This document shows positions 1-9,847 of a DNA stretch of 64,000 bases, in pieces. Origin of the DNA: Spirochaetia bacterium (GTDB lineage Bacteria; Spirochaetota; Spirochaetia; DSM-2461); assembly GCA_963668315.1 (NCBI GenBank), contig OY764216.1, forward strand, positions 384,001 to 448,000, written 5' to 3'. The notes beneath the pieces were generated by a model, which was not told the DNA's origin, made no database searches, and saw only the letters and a list, made by a program, of their open reading frames with translations. Positions within the stretch are counted from its first letter, which is position 1. Every line of letters begins with the position of its first letter. Made by a program: the position numbers and the translations under genes.

Positions 1-670
1 CGTCCGCGATGATATTCTGTTCGGAACAGACTTCCTTGGTAATGGATTTAAGGCCGACGATGGCGGGGAAACCGAAGGAACGGGCCAGAATAGCCGTATG
101 GGATGTTTTTCCCCCCACATCCATAATGACGCCCAGGATCTTTCGCCGGTCCAGCTGAAGCATCTCCGTGGCCAGAAGATTATGAGCGACAAGGACCACT
201 TCCCTGTCGACCTGTCCCAGTGTTATTCTCTTACGGGATAAAAGGTGATCAATAATACGGCGAGAGGAATCCAGAATGTCGGAAGACCTCTCCCTTAAAT
301 AGGAGTCCTGTGTCGCTTCCAGCTGTTCGACCAGAGAGTTGACCGTTTCCTGAAGAACCCATTCCACATTCTTCAGTTCCTTTTCGATTCTCTCGTGGGC
401 GAGTTCATTAAAACAGGGATCATAAAGCATCAGCGCATGGGCTTCCAGTAGGGCATGCTGATCCCGGGCATCCTTATCCAGGGATTCCTTGATGAGCTGT
501 ATCTCCTCGGCCGCTTTTGACACGGCCAGCTTCAGTCTGGCTACTTCGCTTTCCACATCTTCCGCGGTTACGTGAAACCGTGGTATAGCAGTGGGAGATT
601 CATTGTATAAGAGGACTTTGCCTATGGCTATCCCCGGGGAAGCGGGAATACCTTTTATTGTCTTCACCAT
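1..670 (-). CDS. ptsI: PEP-protein phosphotransferase (PTS enzyme I), N-terminal part; runs off the window start
   Basis: Not in the ORF track. Manual translation gives MVKTIKGIPASPGIAIGK... and the phospho-His motif GGKTSHTAILARSFGFPAIVG. Start is ATG 670 or GTG 667. Confidence 0.93.
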   Translation of the reverse strand, partial: MVKTIKGIPASPGIAIGKVLLYNESPTAIPRFHVTAEDVESEVARLKLAVSKAAEEIQLIKESLDKDARDQHALLEAHALMLYDPCFNELAHERIEKELKNVEWVLQETVNSLVEQLEATQDSYLRERSSDILDSSRRIIDHLLSRKRITLGQVDREVVLVAHNLLATEMLQLDRRKILGVIMDVGGKTSHTAILARSFGFPAIVGLKSITKEVCSEQNIIAD

Positions 671-674
671 CATT

Positions 675-725
675 ATAATAGCCCATGGGCATCCCATTGT
701 CAAATGAGAAAAAAGGGGCTATCAT
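675..725. promoter_or_regulatory. Overlapping divergent sigma70 promoters for ptsI and the GerMN gene
   Basis: Minus strand: TTGACA (698-703)-N17-TATTAT (675-680). Plus strand: TTGTCA (697-702)-N17-TATCAT (720-725). Confidence 0.65.
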
Positions 726-732
726 TCTCTCA

Positions 733-1500
733 ATGACCAAAAAAATCATCGATCCTTCCCTTAAAAAAAAGTACACCGCCCGGACCGGCAAGGACGGGGA
801 AAAGGGAAAATCCGGAAGAAACCTCGGTCTTCTGTCCCTCTTTTTCGTACTGCTCTCCCTCGTCCTCATCGTGGGCAAGCTGACCCTGGAAGGCAAGCTG
901 GCTTCCGATCCACCGAAAAGTCCTTCTTCCCTTCCCACGGTCACCAGGACGGAGATCGAGCGGGAAACGCCGAAGACAGTCCTGCTGCCCGAACCGGAAG
1001 CCCCCGCACTGTCCACCGAATCCCTTCCCACAGAAGAACCGCCTCGGGAGGAACCCCAGCCCGAAGCGGTTCCCCTTAAGGAGTATCAGAGCCGGCTTTT
1101 CTTTTTGAAGATCAATGACGAAGGTCAGATCCTCCTCAAAAGCATTATGCGGAATATTCAGTACGACGAAGGCCTTCTTGCCGCCACTCTGAACGCGCTT
1201 CTGGCCGGACCTTCCCAGGAAGATCTGATGAAGGGATATTTCACCCTCATTCCCAGCGATACGGTTATCAATAAAATATCCCTGAAGGACGGAATCGCCT
1301 GGATAGACGTGAACGAGTCATTCCGGTATAACCACCTCGGCTTTGAGGGATATCAGGCGCAGCTTAAGCAGCTGGTGTATTCCGCTACGGAATTCTCCTC
1401 TGTTCAGGGGGTCAGGATAACCATAAACGGCATGGAAGAAGATTTTTTGAATGCCGAAGGGATCAGTATCGGCGACGTCCTCACAAGAGAATCATTCTAA
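733..1500 (+). CDS. GerMN (sporulation/spore germination) domain membrane protein
   Basis: N-terminal TM helix and Pro-rich linker. C-terminal ALLAGPS...TLIP...QLVYSATEF..V..VRI GerMN-like pattern. Start moved to ATG 733. Confidence 0.8.
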   Translation: MTKKIIDPSLKKKYTARTGKDGEKGKSGRNLGLLSLFFVLLSLVLIVGKLTLEGKLASDPPKSPSSLPTVTRTEIERETPKTVLLPEPEAPALSTESLPTEEPPREEPQPEAVPLKEYQSRLFFLKINDEGQILLKSIMRNIQYDEGLLAATLNALLAGPSQEDLMKGYFTLIPSDTVINKISLKDGIAWIDVNESFRYNHLGFEGYQAQLKQLVYSATEFSSVQGVRITINGMEEDFLNAEGISIGDVLTRESF

Positions 1501-1508
1501 GAGGGGAC

Positions 1509-2288
1509 TCACTCCCCCAGTGCCCGGCTGATCATATTTTCAATCGTATCAAGACTTTCGGTAAGAGGCTTCGAGACAGGTTCTATCAGGGCGAGAAACT
1601 CCTGATTTCCCCCTTTCTTACCTTTAATCTGTGAAGGAGTCAGCTTTAATACCCTCAGCTCCTCCTCCTCAAGCGCCCGGGCAACATCCATAAGAACAGA
1701 ACGAATCTTATCGGGATCATCGACAACACCGTTGAAGTCCTCGCTGTTTTCGATCTCAAACTGAGGTTTTATCAGGGCAATAAGCCGTTTTTGAGTGGTG
1801 AGGCCGATTATTTTTGAGGCCGCCCCTCTGATGGATCGGAACGAAAGATCGGCCACTCCCATGTGGGGAGCAGGCTCCAGATCCTCCACATCCATGATAT
1901 TGCATTTTTCACGGGAGAGAACCCGCGTATCGCTTCTCAGGGAATAATCGAGCTGATTGTAGCCAACGTCCACGGCATAAACGAGACTGGCTCCCCTCTG
2001 CAGGAGGCAATCGGTAAATCCCCCCGTGGAAGCCCCGGCATCAAGAAATATTTTTTTCCGGCAGTCTATACCCCATTCTTCCAGCGCCCCGTCCAGTTTA
2101 TATCCGCCCCGGGAAACAAACTTTTTCAATCTGATTTCTATATCCGACCGGCTGTCCACTTTTCGGGCGGTATCCCGGATTTTCTCCCCATCGCAGAAAA
2201 CATTACCGCAAAGGACATAGGCATAAAGCTCACCTTCTTTTTTTTGGGGATAACGTTCTTTCAACAGGCTCAGAAGGGGTTTTTTCAA
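1509..2288 (-). CDS. tlyA: TlyA family rRNA 2'-O-methyltransferase
   Basis: S4 domain plus FVSRGGYKL, DAGASTGGFTDCLLQRGA, LIKPQFE motifs. Confidence 0.95.
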   Translation of the reverse strand: MKKPLLSLLKERYPQKKEGELYAYVLCGNVFCDGEKIRDTARKVDSRSDIEIRLKKFVSRGGYKLDGALEEWGIDCRKKIFLDAGASTGGFTDCLLQRGASLVYAVDVGYNQLDYSLRSDTRVLSREKCNIMDVEDLEPAPHMGVADLSFRSIRGAASKIIGLTTQKRLIALIKPQFEIENSEDFNGVVDDPDKIRSVLMDVARALEEEELRVLKLTPSQIKGKKGGNQEFLALIEPVSKPLTESLDTIENMISRALGE

Positions 2289-2292
2289 TAGA

Positions 2293-3075
2293 TCAGATCC
2301 TTATTCTTTCGATTTTCACGGTCTGCCCCGTGTCCCCGTCCAGGGTAATAAAAACACCGCACAGCTGTGTCACTCCGTCCACGATCTCGCTTTTCAGGGG
2401 CATCTGCGTCTGGGCCCGCTTCACGGATAATTCGGGGTCTGTTCCAATAACACTGTTCTTAACTCCGATACAGCCGATATCCGTAATATAGGAGGTCCCC
2501 TTTTCCCAAATCCTTTCATCCGCTGTCTGCACATGGGTGTGTGTACCCACCACAGCCGAAACCTCACCGTCAAGATAAGCGGCCAGAGACTCCTTCTCCG
2601 CCGGGTCTTCGGCGTGAAAATCCACAATGATATTTTTTGTTTCCCGCTGCAGGACAGGAAGAAGTTTCTTCATAACCGTGAAGGGGGAGTCCACATGGCT
2701 TCCCATGCGCACACGGCCCTGGATGTTCACAAAGGCGAGCTTTCTGTCACCTTCTCCTGCGATACAGTAACCGTGCCCGGGAACGCCGGAAGGATAATTC
2801 TCCGGCCGGAGCAGATGATCGAACTTATCCAGATAGGGCAGGATTTCCCGTTTCTGCCAGATATGATTCCCCGAGGAGATGATATCAACGCCCCGGGCAA
2901 AAAATAGGTCTACCTGTTCAGGGGTTATGCCGAATCCATCGGCGGCGTTTTCCCCGTTCACGGCGATAAAATCAGGATGATACTCTTTTCTCAGTCCGTC
3001 AAGACTGAAAAAAAGAGCCCTGCATCCCGGCTGTCCTACGACATCACCGAGAATCAGAACTCTTATTTCTTTCAT
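2293..3075 (-). CDS. ymdB: YmdB/TIGR00282 metallophosphoesterase
   Basis: GDVVG, NGENAA, GNH, DFHAE, GTHTHV motifs; follows rny. Confidence 0.92.
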   Translation of the reverse strand: MKEIRVLILGDVVGQPGCRALFFSLDGLRKEYHPDFIAVNGENAADGFGITPEQVDLFFARGVDIISSGNHIWQKREILPYLDKFDHLLRPENYPSGVPGHGYCIAGEGDRKLAFVNIQGRVRMGSHVDSPFTVMKKLLPVLQRETKNIIVDFHAEDPAEKESLAAYLDGEVSAVVGTHTHVQTADERIWEKGTSYITDIGCIGVKNSVIGTDPELSVKRAQTQMPLKSEIVDGVTQLCGVFITLDGDTGQTVKIERIRI

Positions 3076-3088
3076 AGGATGGTCCTAT

Positions 3089-4621
3089 TTAACGGGCGTA
3101 TTCCACTACCCGTGTCTCTCTGATGATTGTCACCCGAATCTTACCGGGGTATTTCAGCTCATCTTCAATTTTCTTGGCGATATCCTTCGCCAATTCCTTG
3201 GCCCTGCTATCGTTGACCCTTTCGTTATCGACCATAATACGAAGTTCACGGCCTGCCTGTACGGCGAAGACCTTATCCACTCCCGTGAAGCTCATGGCAA
3301 TTTTCTCGAGATTTTCCAATCTCTTGATATAGTTATCCATAGTCTCACGGCGGGCACCGGGCCTGGCCGCCGAGATGGCATCGGCTACCTGAACGATAAC
3401 CGCTTCCACACTCTCGGGCTGAACATCGTTATGATGAGAAGCCACGGCATTGACAACAGCGGGAGATTCACCCATTCTGCGGCAAAGCTCGGCACCGACC
3501 TCGGCATGGTTTCCCTCACCGTCTGTCTCAAGCCCTTTACCAATGTCATGAAGCAATGCAGCTCTCTTGGCAATGGTAACATCGGCTCCGATTTCGGCAG
3601 CGATCATACCGGCCATAACGGCGACTTCCTTGGAGTGTGCCAGAACGTTCTGACCGTAACTCGTTCTGAAATGGAGACGCCCCAATCCCTGAATTCCATC
3701 GGGCTTCACATCGTGAATACCCAGATCAAAGAGAAGTTTCTCCCCCTCTTCAAAGATCGTCTGACCAATTTCTTTGGCTACCCTCTGAACAACTTCCTCG
3801 ATACGGGCCGGGTGAATCCGTCCGTCCGAAACAAGCCGCTCCAGAGCAATCTTGGCAATAACTTTTCTAATGGGATCAAAACAGGAAATAACAACTGCTT
3901 CCGGAGTATCATCGATAATGATATCAACTCCCGTCAGAGTTTCGAGTGTTCGGATATTCCGCCCTTCCCGTCCGATGATCCGCCCTTTCATTTCATCATT
4001 GGGCAGACTAACGGATGTAACGGTAATTTCGGAGCTGATGTCCGTAGCCAGCCTCTGAATAGTGGTGACCAGAACATCCCGGGCCTTTTTATCCGCCGAA
4101 AGCTGGGCTTCGGCTTCAATCTTATTAATAAGAGCCTGGGCATCATGCTTGGCGTCATTCTCAAGATTCGCTATGATTAATTTCTTAGCCTCTTCCTGAG
4201 TCAAGCCGGAAATGCGTTCCAATTCCGTTCTAAGCGTCAGTTCCTGATCCTTCAGTTCCTGCTGATTTCTTTCTAACTCTTTTTCATTTTCAGAAATTCG
4301 ATTCTGGGCTTTCTCGATCTCCTGAGCTTTCTGCTCCAGATTATCTTCTTTTTGCTGAACCCTTTTCTCAAACCGTTGAAGATCGGTGCGTCTATCCCTC
4401 AGTTCTTTATCGAACTGACGACGCTCTCTCATTATCTGGTCCTGAGCTTCAAGAAGAAGACTTTTCTTCTCCTGTTCCGCTTCCGTTACCGCATCCAGCT
4501 TCAGTCTGGCAGCTCTCTGCTCAGATGAAGACAGTTGATAGCGGGAATATATCCATCTAATTAACCAACCAATTGCAACACCGGCGAGGGAAAGGATTGT
4601 AGTCACTAATGCAGGCGACAT
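3089..4621 (-). CDS. rny: Ribonuclease Y
   Basis: N-terminal TM, coiled coil, KH domain (KGRIIGREGRNIR), HD domain (LLHDIGK). Confidence 0.97.
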   Translation of the reverse strand: MSPALVTTILSLAGVAIGWLIRWIYSRYQLSSSEQRAARLKLDAVTEAEQEKKSLLLEAQDQIMRERRQFDKELRDRRTDLQRFEKRVQQKEDNLEQKAQEIEKAQNRISENEKELERNQQELKDQELTLRTELERISGLTQEEAKKLIIANLENDAKHDAQALINKIEAEAQLSADKKARDVLVTTIQRLATDISSEITVTSVSLPNDEMKGRIIGREGRNIRTLETLTGVDIIIDDTPEAVVISCFDPIRKVIAKIALERLVSDGRIHPARIEEVVQRVAKEIGQTIFEEGEKLLFDLGIHDVKPDGIQGLGRLHFRTSYGQNVLAHSKEVAVMAGMIAAEIGADVTIAKRAALLHDIGKGLETDGEGNHAEVGAELCRRMGESPAVVNAVASHHNDVQPESVEAVIVQVADAISAARPGARRETMDNYIKRLENLEKIAMSFTGVDKVFAVQAGRELRIMVDNERVNDSRAKELAKDIAKKIEDELKYPGKIRVTIIRETRVVEYAR

Positions 4622-4651
4622 ATTTTTCCCCTAATTTACGATATTACAACC

Positions 4652-4679
4652 ATTATATAGGTAATTCTACCTTTGTCAA
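4652..4679 (-). promoter_or_regulatory. sigma70 promoter for rny operon
   Basis: TTGACA-N16-TATAAT about 30 nt upstream of the rny ATG. Confidence 0.65.
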
Positions 4680-4729
4680 GAAAGATATTTTCACCCTGAC
4701 ATGCATGCTGAGCCGGGGTTAGAGGGAAT

Positions 4730-7252
4730 CTATGAGAGAAAAAGCAATTCGTTGGGATTGGAGCTTTTCTCTTTGAACCCAAGCATGAGATAAACCTTCT
4801 CTCCCCGGTATATCAATGGCATGAAAAGCAGGGAGTTAACATATTTAAAAGCAATCCAGTCCCAGTTCTGCCCCAGGAATGTACTCTTTTTCGCGCCGTC
4901 AATACCGACAATTTTTCTTTTATCCAGAATATCGGTACACAGTTCGGCTGATTTTTCGATAAGATAATCCTCGGGGTACCTGTTCATACCGATGGAGAGA
5001 ACCGCTTTATACCCCCCCTCTTCCCGGGCAATGATAACAGCACACTGGGCATCGATTTTACGGGAGTAATCAAGGAGAGCCTTATAAGCACCCCGTTCAT
5101 TATCCACATACCCCTTCCTATAGGCGTCAAAATCAAACCCGTCCTTAGCCAGGGGGATGGATTCCGTGCCGGTATCGGTAAAAAGGAAGCCGTCTTCTTC
5201 AAAACTGACATCGGGAAAGAGACCTTCAGACTTAACGGAAATGAGAGAATCCATACCAAAATCTTTGGCAGAAACAGTTTGACTGTCATCCCCGGGTCTA
5301 TCACTTTCAGATAGATTCTTATTACCCAGTTCAGTCATCACCTCTTCCAATGTAAAAAGATAATGGATAGAATCATTTTCATCATCAAGTTCTTCCAGCA
5401 CCTCAACCGATTCCATCTCTTCCAGATCGTCTTCAAAAGGTTCAAGATCACCTTCTACATCTTTAGCGGCCATTGCATTACTTCCTTCCCATGAAGGCAG
5501 CAGACCTTCGGTATAATCTTCCAGCTCTTCCAGATCCGCTTCTTTGTCAACTGCTTCAACCATGGGTAATTCTTCTAATTCCTTATTATCTACAGGCAAA
5601 TTATCAAGGGACAGCTCTTCTAAAACTTCCAGTTCCTCGACTTCATCCAGTTCCTCGGCTTCATCCAGTTCCTCGGCTTCATCCAGTTCCTCGGCTTCAT
5701 CCAGCTCTTCGACTTCATCCAGCTCTTCGACTTCATCCAGCTCTTCGACTTCATCCAGCTCTTCGACTTCATCCAGCTCTTCGACTTCATCCAGCTCTTC
5801 GACTTCATCCAGCTCTTCGACTTCCGTCGAAACCATATCCGTGTCGCCGTCATCATCAAGAGATTCCACCTGGACTGGTTTCATGCCTGCAAAAGGACTG
5901 TCGCTCTTACTAACGCCGGGAACCTCTTTCGTAGTTGTTGCTGCCGAAGAAACAGTATTTACCGGGAAGGAAATCTGAGCTGATTCCAGTGCTTTCCTGA
6001 TCAGTTTTTCCAATTCATCCGGATCAATAACTGCCTTAGTCTTTCTCTCCTCAGCCTGCTTATTGTGATAAACGGCCAGTATATCGATGATTTCCTGCCA
6101 GTTTTTATTCAGAAGCTTATCGATTTCGCTTTCATCACCCTTGAGTTTGATTGCTTTTTTAAATTCCCGGTAATACTCAATCTTTCGAGACTGTAATTCC
6201 CGATCCCAGGCATCCCATTCCAGAGATTCCCGACTCTCAAGCCAATTCCGCAGGAAGTTCAATTGAAACTTTTTCAATCGTTCATTCAGGATGACCAGAC
6301 TGTCCTGTCTGACATTTAACAGGAGCAGGAGAAATAGGAAAAGAGTGATAAATACCACTATAAAAAAAAGAAATCTTAACAGTTCGGGGATTTCAAAGGT
6401 CTTATCATCCAGAAGAATTCCCCAGCTGACCTCCCCCTTGTAAGTGATCAGACTGAAGCGGCCGTCACTTCCATCCTCTACCATGGGCACAACTAAGTCG
6501 GGAGATTCTTTCTGCCAATTCTCAACGACAATTTCCCTGACCTCTTCATATAATGCTTCCGGTACATCAAGAACAAAACCCTGAGACCCCATTATCCGGA
6601 TCGTACTGGGATCGGAAATAATACCTTCCGATATAAAATCGTCCTTAATCCCCTGAAGAGTAAAAGCAATCAGGGCTGTTCCTCTGAAAAGCCCGTAGTT
6701 ATCCATTGAGGGGAGGGAAAGGAAGAAACGGTTGCTTGCACCATCAAGATAAAAGATATCAGAAGATGTTAAGCTGTCTTCTCTTTCATAAAGTCCGATT
6801 TGTTCATGAAAATCTTCAAGATCTACCCAGTTTTTATATACAATTTTCTGATTGTTCCTCAACAATACATCATTATCGGATGTACTATAATGAACACGCT
6901 GACCATCGGTATCAATGATACGGAGAGATTCAAATCCCGGCAGATCCCTGTGAAGTTTTTGAATAAGCCTGTCCCGTTCGACAATATCCTTATCCAACTG
7001 TTCAAGATCAAAAACTTTTGTGAAAGCCCCTGACTCTACAAAAAGGGATAATCTTTCATGGAGGGATCTTTTGTATTCGGAAATGAGCTGGTCGGAATAG
7101 GCCAGGATGCCCGATTCACGATTTATGACAGACTGGCGGTAGAGACGAATTTCAAAACCCTTAAAAACACCGGCCCCGGAGAGGAAAAACAATCCGCCGG
7201 TCATTAATAGGGTGAGAAAAAAACTTAATGAAATTTTCGTCGTACTTCGCAT
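4730..7252 (-). CDS. Large hypothetical membrane protein: two TM helices around an extracytoplasmic domain, acidic EELDE(V/A) repeat linker, C-terminal GAF-like domain
   Basis: 863-codon ORF, probable start ATG 7252 (MRSTTK). Two hydrophobic segments, a very Glu/Asp-rich middle, and a C-terminus ending SLLFMPLIYRGEKVYLMLGF that resembles a GAF fold. Confidence 0.7.
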   Translation of the reverse strand: MRSTTKISLSFFLTLLMTGGLFFLSGAGVFKGFEIRLYRQSVINRESGILAYSDQLISEYKRSLHERLSLFVESGAFTKVFDLEQLDKDIVERDRLIQKLHRDLPGFESLRIIDTDGQRVHYSTSDNDVLLRNNQKIVYKNWVDLEDFHEQIGLYEREDSLTSSDIFYLDGASNRFFLSLPSMDNYGLFRGTALIAFTLQGIKDDFISEGIISDPSTIRIMGSQGFVLDVPEALYEEVREIVVENWQKESPDLVVPMVEDGSDGRFSLITYKGEVSWGILLDDKTFEIPELLRFLFFIVVFITLFLFLLLLLNVRQDSLVILNERLKKFQLNFLRNWLESRESLEWDAWDRELQSRKIEYYREFKKAIKLKGDESEIDKLLNKNWQEIIDILAVYHNKQAEERKTKAVIDPDELEKLIRKALESAQISFPVNTVSSAATTTKEVPGVSKSDSPFAGMKPVQVESLDDDGDTDMVSTEVEELDEVEELDEVEELDEVEELDEVEELDEVEELDEVEELDEAEELDEAEELDEAEELDEVEELEVLEELSLDNLPVDNKELEELPMVEAVDKEADLEELEDYTEGLLPSWEGSNAMAAKDVEGDLEPFEDDLEEMESVEVLEELDDENDSIHYLFTLEEVMTELGNKNLSESDRPGDDSQTVSAKDFGMDSLISVKSEGLFPDVSFEEDGFLFTDTGTESIPLAKDGFDFDAYRKGYVDNERGAYKALLDYSRKIDAQCAVIIAREEGGYKAVLSIGMNRYPEDYLIEKSAELCTDILDKRKIVGIDGAKKSTFLGQNWDWIAFKYVNSLLFMPLIYRGEKVYLMLGFKEKSSNPNELLFLS
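5641..5820. repeat. Intragenic 18-bp tandem repeat, 10 copies
   Basis: 3x CTTCATCCAGTTCCTCGG then 7x CTTCATCCAGCTCTTCGA; encodes EELDE(V/A) on the minus strand. Confidence 0.97.
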
Positions 7253-7275
7253 CGCTATCCTGTTAGCCAATATCC

Positions 7276-7307
7276 AAAAAAAATAGGAAGAACAATAGTC
7301 CTTCCTA
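7276..7307 (-). terminator. Intrinsic terminator after rplQ (end of the ribosomal superoperon)
   Basis: TAGGAAGGAC-TATT-GTTCTTCCTA followed by T8 on the minus strand. Confidence 0.75.
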
Positions 7308-7384
7308 CTTATTATCGACAACTGATGCTCTGAAAGTTAGCACTAGTTTTCTCTTTAATTGTCTGAGGATTTTAACTCCTCAAT

Positions 7385-7873
7385 TTACTCATCCACCTTT
7401 TCTTCGGCGGGAGCTTCTGCAGGAGTTTCGGCCTTTTCTACAACCTTTTCCTCAGCAGCTTTGGGGGCAGCCTTTTTGGGGGCGGCCTTTTTGGCTTTCT
7501 TGGGCGCAGCTTTCATTTCTTCTTCTACAAGCTCAAGAATAACCATTTCCGCAGCATCACCTTTCCGGCTGCCGATTTTAAGGATTCTGGTGTATCCACC
7601 GGGTCTTTCCTTAAACTTGGGGGCGATTTCAACAAACAGTTTGTTGATAACGTCCTTTTCCTGAACGGTTTTTGCGACGATTCTTCTGTTATGTACAGAA
7701 TCAACCTTGGCGCGGGTAATCATTTTTTCCGCAGTTCTGCGAATCTCACGAGCCTTGGCTTTGGTTGTCTTAACTCTCTCATACTTAAGAAGAGAGGTAA
7801 CCATGTTTCTCTCAAGCGCTTTTCTATGGCTTGATTTACGGCCTAAACGGTTAAACCCGATTCTATTATGCAT
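7385..7873 (-). CDS. rplQ: 50S ribosomal protein L17 with Lys/Ala/Glu-rich C-terminal tail
   Basis: [22 protein letters not shown]. Confidence 0.97.
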   Translation of the reverse strand: MHNRIGFNRLGRKSSHRKALERNMVTSLLKYERVKTTKAKAREIRRTAEKMITRAKVDSVHNRRIVAKTVQEKDVINKLFVEIAPKFKERPGGYTRILKIGSRKGDAAEMVILELVEEEMKAAPKKAKKAAPKKAAPKAAEEKVVEKAETPAEAPAEEKVDE

Positions 7874-7874
7874 C

Positions 7875-8915
7875 TTACTCTTCCTTCTTCTTTTCCAATT
7901 TTATAGAATTCTTGAGAACGCTATAATCCACCATACCGAGACTCAGATTCCATTCCTTCAACCTTTCCTTGATCTCAGTAAGAGACTTCTTACCGAAATT
8001 CCTGGTTTTGGCAATTTCATCTTCGGTCTTTCTGGTAAGATCACCAATGGTTCTGATATTGGCGTTCTTCAGACAGTTGCTGGACCTAACTGAAAGTTCA
8101 AGTTCTTCTACAGGAGTATCAAGAAGCTGGCGGATTTTTTCTTCTTCCTCATCAACTTCTTCATCACCAATAACGCTGTCTTCATCAAAATTAATAAAAA
8201 CCGTAAAGTGGTCCTTGGCAATCTTTGATGCTTCAGCAAGGGCATTTTCGGGAGAGATAGATCCATCAGTCCATACTTCAAGTATAAGCTTGTCGTAATC
8301 CGATCTCTGTCCGACACGGGTATTCTCAACGGTATACTTCACTTTCGTAATGGGAGAATAAATGGAATCGACGGGAATCGTTCCAATTGTCTCTATATAC
8401 TTCTCATGCAGCTCCGCGGGAACATAACCCCGTCCCAGGTCAATCTGAACTTCCATATCTAAATTTGCCCCATCCATAAGGGTACAAATATGATGGTCGC
8501 CATTAATAACCTCAACGCCATTTTTCTCAAAATCGGCGCCGGTTACTTTCTTCTGCCCCTTGCATTCAATGTTAATCGTCATCTCTTCAACATCTTCGGG
8601 AAGATTCAGTTTAAGAGATTTGAGGTTGCTGATAATCTCAGGGGTATCCTCTACGCAGTGAGGAATAGGTTCGAACTCGTTGGAAACAACATGGGACGAA
8701 CCATCCTCGGCGTATGCAGTAACACGAATAGCTGATATGGCATATCCTTGAATAGAAGAAAGGAGAACACGCCTTAAGGTATTACCTACAGTATTACCAT
8801 ATCCTCTTTCAAAAGGATAAGCGGTGAACTTTCCATAGGAAGTATCCTCTTCCTTGTGTTCAAAGGTAATTCCTTTAGGTCTCTTAAAACCTTTGAGGAG
8901 ATTTTTTCGTGCCAT
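7875..8915 (-). CDS. rpoA: RNA polymerase alpha subunit
   Basis: [40 protein letters not shown]. Confidence 0.98.
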   Translation of the reverse strand: MARKNLLKGFKRPKGITFEHKEEDTSYGKFTAYPFERGYGNTVGNTLRRVLLSSIQGYAISAIRVTAYAEDGSSHVVSNEFEPIPHCVEDTPEIISNLKSLKLNLPEDVEEMTINIECKGQKKVTGADFEKNGVEVINGDHHICTLMDGANLDMEVQIDLGRGYVPAELHEKYIETIGTIPVDSIYSPITKVKYTVENTRVGQRSDYDKLILEVWTDGSISPENALAEASKIAKDHFTVFINFDEDSVIGDEEVDEEEEKIRQLLDTPVEELELSVRSSNCLKNANIRTIGDLTRKTEDEIAKTRNFGKKSLTEIKERLKEWNLSLGMVDYSVLKNSIKLEKKKEE

Positions 8916-8935
8916 TTTGACTCCTTTAACCTAGA

Positions 8936-9316
8936 TTAAACTCTTCTACTCTTCTTAGGACGACAACCATTATGGGGAATCGGAGTAATATCCTTTATGC
9001 TTTTTACCTGCAACCCCATGGCTCCCAAGGAGCGGATGGCAGATTCGCGTCCCATACCGGGACCCTTAACAAACACGTTTACTTCCTTAAGACCGTAATC
9101 CCGTGCTCTGCTCGTAGCGGTTTCGGCAGTGGTCTGCGCCGCATAGGGAGTAGATTTCTTAGCTCCCTTGAAGCCGAGAGAACCGGCACTACTCCAGGAA
9201 ATAGTATTTCCCTTAAGATCGGTAACGGTTACGATCGTATTATTGAAAGTAGCCTGAATGTATACATTACCTTCAAATACCGTCTTTTTCTCTTTCTTTT
9301 TCTTCGCTTTAGCCAA
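8936..9316 (-). CDS. rpsK: 30S ribosomal protein S11
   Basis: [19 protein letters not shown]. Confidence 0.98.
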   Translation of the reverse strand: MAKAKKKKEKKTVFEGNVYIQATFNNTIVTVTDLKGNTISWSSAGSLGFKGAKKSTPYAAQTTAETATSRARDYGLKEVNVFVKGPGMGRESAIRSLGAMGLQVKSIKDITPIPHNGCRPKKSRRV

Positions 9317-9334
9317 CTCTATTTCCTCCGCTCA

Positions 9335-9700
9335 CTACTTCTTCTTTTTAGCTACGGTTTTGGCCTTACCCTTACGAGTACGGGCATTGGTCTTGGTTCT
9401 CTGACCACGAACGGGGAGACCTCTTCTATGCCTGAGGCCCCGGTAACAACCGATGTCCATCAACCGTTTGATGTTAAGGGCCGTTTCAGATCTGAGACGT
9501 CCTTCAACTTTGTATTCATTTTCAATGACCTGTCTTAACTCATTTACTTCTTCCAGGCTAAGATCATCCATTCTTTTCAGGGGATCTACACCGGTTTTAT
9601 CGCAAATTTCTCTGGCCGATGTTCTACCGATCCCGAAAATGTATGTTAATGCGATTTCTGCATGTTTGTTAGGTAGGTCAATACCAGCAATACGAGCCAC
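9335..9700 (-). CDS. rpsM: 30S ribosomal protein S13
   Basis: [27 protein letters not shown]. Confidence 0.98.
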   Translation of the reverse strand: MARIAGIDLPNKHAEIALTYIFGIGRTSAREICDKTGVDPLKRMDDLSLEEVNELRQVIENEYKVEGRLRSETALNIKRLMDIGCYRGLRHRRGLPVRGQRTKTNARTRKGKAKTVAKKKK

Positions 9701-9710
9701 TTATAGCCTC

Positions 9711-9824
9711 CTACTTCTGTCTCTGTTTATGTTTGGGATTCTGGCAGACGATTCTTAGAACGCCTTTCCTTCTAATTACTTTACATTTGTCACAAATGGG
9801 TTTTACACTTGCTCTAACCTTCAT
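9711..9824 (-). CDS. rpmJ: 50S ribosomal protein L36 (Zn-ribbon type)
   Basis: Below the ORF-track cutoff. Manual translation: [37 protein letters not shown]. Confidence 0.97.
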   Translation of the reverse strand: MKVRASVKPICDKCKVIRRKGVLRIVCQNPKHKQRQK

Positions 9825-9847
9825 ATTATACCTCTTTTTACTCCGTA

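Noticed and set aside
5641..5820. Tandem repeat as a possible CRISPR array
   Set aside because: Units are contiguous 18-mers with no spacers, lie in frame inside a CDS, and no cas genes are nearby
5473..5978. Alternative-frame ORFs with poly-Ser, RLHPAL or KSKSWM repeats
   Set aside because: By-products of the 18-bp repeat in other frames
7312..7339. sigma28-like TAAC-N16-GTCGATAA upstream of the acidic membrane protein
   Set aside because: Spacing and both boxes are imperfect, and the transcript would run straight into the terminator; kept only as a weak possibility
7385..7520. Low-complexity KAAPKK/EEK tail on L17
   Set aside because: Such tails are common on L17 in several phyla
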